Shown: in pieces, positions 62,016 to 64,000 of the stretch
Numbering within the stretch: position 1 is the first letter of the stretch
How the letters are laid out: each line of letters starts with the position of its first letter
IMG/VR virus record: IMGVR_UViG_3300024331_000007
Location: 224,001-288,000 of that record
DNA length: 64,000 nucleotides
Reading direction: 5' to 3' (one strand)
Source of the DNA: a virus
Taxonomy: Duplodnaviria > Caudoviricetes
Notes under the pieces: generated by a model
Seen by the model: the letters and a program-made list of their open reading frames with translations, nothing else
What the model was told of the DNA's origin: nothing
Database searches by the model: none
Program-made: the position numbers and the translations under genes

Positions 62016-64000
62016 ATGTCAACCCCTCTCACTCCAGCGCAACGGTTGGCCGCGCTGCAAAAAGAACTTGGATTTGCTGCTGGTTCAGATTTTCCTAATT
62101 TGAATCCTTCGCCGACTCCTGCTCCAACCACAACGATAGCTGATGACAAAACATCATCTGCTACTCCATCAGCTACGCAAATTAATACAAATGAACCTTC
62201 TCTTATTTTTACACCTGCCACAAATGTATTAAGAAACTATGCATCGTACAGTCCTATTTTATCGTTGTTAGTAACCAATTCTCAAAATTACAACAAGCTA
62301 GTCACTAATCAGAAATTCTATCCACAGGATTGGGATACAATCTGTAAATCAGGCGGAGTTGGTCCTAAGAAAGCGCAAGGGTTTAGCGGTACTACAAATG
62401 AATATTTTAGCCGCGACTTGTATATTGATTCCGCTACGGTATCAACCATTGTCGGAATGAGTCAGGAAAATCGAGGCAGTAATGCCACAGAAATTGAATT
62501 AGTGATTATCGAACCATTTGGTATGGATTTCGTGGAGCAGCTTTATGACTATTGCCACATTGCGTTAGGTGAAAGTAATTATTGTCAGCTTCCATACATG
62601 TTGAAGATTGAGTTCAAGGGCTTTCGAGACGATGGAACCAATGAAACTGTTCCATTTGCCACAAAATATATTCCAATTCATCTCATAACAATGGACATTA
62701 AAGTCAATAATCTCGGAGCTACTTATAAGGTATCTGCTGTTGCGTTCAACGAATTGGGTGTTACTGAGCAATATGGCAGAGTTCCAGCATTAATGCAGTC
62801 AACGCCATTACAATTGGGGACTGAGCTTGCGTTGGCCCAACAAAAGGGACTCGATTCCCAAACACAACGCCAAATAGCTAATGGTGTTGTATCTACTTCT
62901 CTCGCTCAAACTGTATCTAATCAGGCCAACGCCGCTGTAGCGGCTGGGACTTCAGGAATTGCTCCTATTGGTAGTGGGGGGGTCCTGCATGAGATTACTA
63001 CTGCGTTTGCTGGTGTTCTTAACAACGTACAACAGACTCTTGCAAAAAACGGCACTATTTCTATTCCAGATAACTACACGATTACGTATTCAGATGTTCC
63101 AGATAAAAGCGGAAGCATCGATATCGGTCAATATCTATTCTTGGATACTGCAACACTGTCTAGTGAAAATGTTCCAACTGTCGCCCGAGATACTCCAATG
63201 GGCGCTCCTGCCGTTACAGAAGCCAAACCAATAGATGTTTCTGTTGCAGGCAGAAACATGCTCAAATATGCAGTTGATCCTGCCACTGGACAAACAGGCG
63301 GAGGAGCAGTTACATATACTAACGCTCATCTAATTACCTTTAATTCTGGAAGTAGTATTGTTGATTGCTTAAACACCCTTATCATCAACAGCAACTATAT
63401 TGTGTCCCAAATTAATCGATACAATGGTTTCGTGGATAACATCAACAAGACTGCTCAATCTCTGAATTTACAGGCGGGTTCTCCTCTTCCCCCTGATCTT
63501 CAATCTCAGCTTGATTTGTTAAACAATACTCCACTTAATTGGTTTGTTATTGTTCCAACTATTCAGATACTCGGATACGATTCCAAAAGAGGAACTTATG
63601 CCAGAAGCATTAACTACAATATCAAGCCATATAAGATTTATAATACTCGAAGCATAAGTGCTCCAAACGGTAATCCAATCGTAGAGAATCGCGTGGTAAA
63701 AGAATACGACTATATCTTTACTGGAAACAATACTGAAATTCTGAACTTTGACCTTAACTTTAACACTGCATTTCTAACCTACGCACAGTTCAACCACGAT
63801 ACAAAGGTGCAAGGAACTGGTGCAGGGATGCCAGCGTATGCTCAGCAGGCACTGCCAAATAATAGTTTAGAAACGGTATCATCGCCAATCAGTGACGGAC
63901 AACAGAAAAAACCAGTCAGCGCCAGCACAAAGAATGCTCAGGGAATCGGAGCTATCACACCTGAACGAAATCAAGCAGCAGATATTGCAGCTACAATATA
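62016..64000 (+). CDS. large baseplate hub-like protein, runs off the window end (not in ORF track)
   Basis: ATG 62016 after GGAG. The portion I translated reads NVLRNYASYS...DLYIDS...IIEPFGMDF...PYMLKIEFKG; I did not check the frame codon by codon to the window end. Confidence 0.65.
   Translation, partial: MSTPLTPAQRLAALQKELGFAAGSDFPNLNPSPTPAPTTTIADDKTSSATPSATQINTNEPSLIFTPATNVLRNYASYSPILSLLVTNSQNYNKLVTNQKFYPQDWDTICKSGGVGPKKAQGFSGTTNEYFSRDLYIDSATVSTIVGMSQENRGSNATEIELVIIEPFGMDFVEQLYDYCHIALGESNYCQLPYMLKIEFKGFRDDGTNETVPFATKYIPIHLITMDIKVNNLGATYKVSAVAFNELGVTEQYGRVPALMQSTPLQLGTELALAQQKGLDSQTQRQIANGVVSTSLAQTVSNQANAAVAAGTSGIAPIGSGGVLHEITTAFAGVLNNVQQTLAKNGTISIPDNYTITYSDVPDKSGSIDIGQYLFLDTATLSSENVPTVARDTPMGAPAVTEAKPIDVSVAGRNMLKYAVDPATGQTGGGAVTYTNAHLITFNSGSSIVDCLNTLIINSNYIVSQINRYNGFVDNINKTAQSLNLQAGSPLPPDLQSQLDLLNNTPLNWFVIVPTIQILGYDSKRGTYARSINYNIKPYKIYNTRSISAPNGNPIVENRVVKEYDYIFTGNNTEILNFDLNFNTAFLTYAQFNHDTKVQGTGAGMPAYAQQALPNNSLETVSSPISDGQQKKPVSASTKNAQGIGAITPERNQAADIAATI

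Noticed and set aside
1631-63329. Many opposite-strand or alternate-frame ORFs in the track (e.g. 1816-2250 +, 4278-4607 +, 18954-19559 +, 30990-31394 -, 62959-63234 +)
   Set aside because: They are shadows of well-supported genes, with no motifs, SD or promoter.
1-64000. Genome-wide TAG reassignment (alternative genetic code)
   Set aside because: All long core genes read uninterrupted in code 11, and TAG terminates genes cleanly (e.g. 47868-47870, 21853-21855). Only sporadic ambers were seen.
1-64000. tRNA, rRNA or tmRNA genes
   Set aside because: No cloverleaf or T-loop signature was noticed, and intergenic space is minimal. A tRNA scan was not run, so this is not definitive.

Overview
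AT-rich segment of a large, probably jumbo, contractile-tailed dsDNA phage distantly related to T4. Recognisable core genes are: clamp loader, GroES, a DnaE (Pol III alpha) fragment, Mre11/Rad50-like gp47/gp46, a gp55-like late sigma factor, translation initiation factor IF-1, and baseplate wedge, hub, spike and tail genes. There are also two tandem nucleotidyltransferases, a JAB/MPN protein and eight free-standing homing-type endonuclease genes. The dominant unexplained feature is a very large paralogue expansion. By manual count, roughly 75-80 small (60-90 aa) genes share the pattern M-T-x-K-x-F-V-x-x-x-Y-P-x-A...[ST]-E-x-x-A-W-x-x-A...M-L-x-K-L-E-[SN]. About 70 of them are stop/start-coupled in two divergent arms (21.6-37.5 kb minus, 40.6-44.4 kb plus) around a cluster of sigma70-type early promoters. 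A second family of 12 SH3/KOW-like genes and one membrane protein end in a related KLE[SN] tail. Separately, five endonuclease genes of three different nuclease families share a covarying structured 5-prime leader behind a TAAATA late promoter. These five are exactly the ones oriented opposite to their neighbours. No tRNA, rRNA or CRISPR array was seen. All functional calls come from motif recognition by eye; no searches were run.
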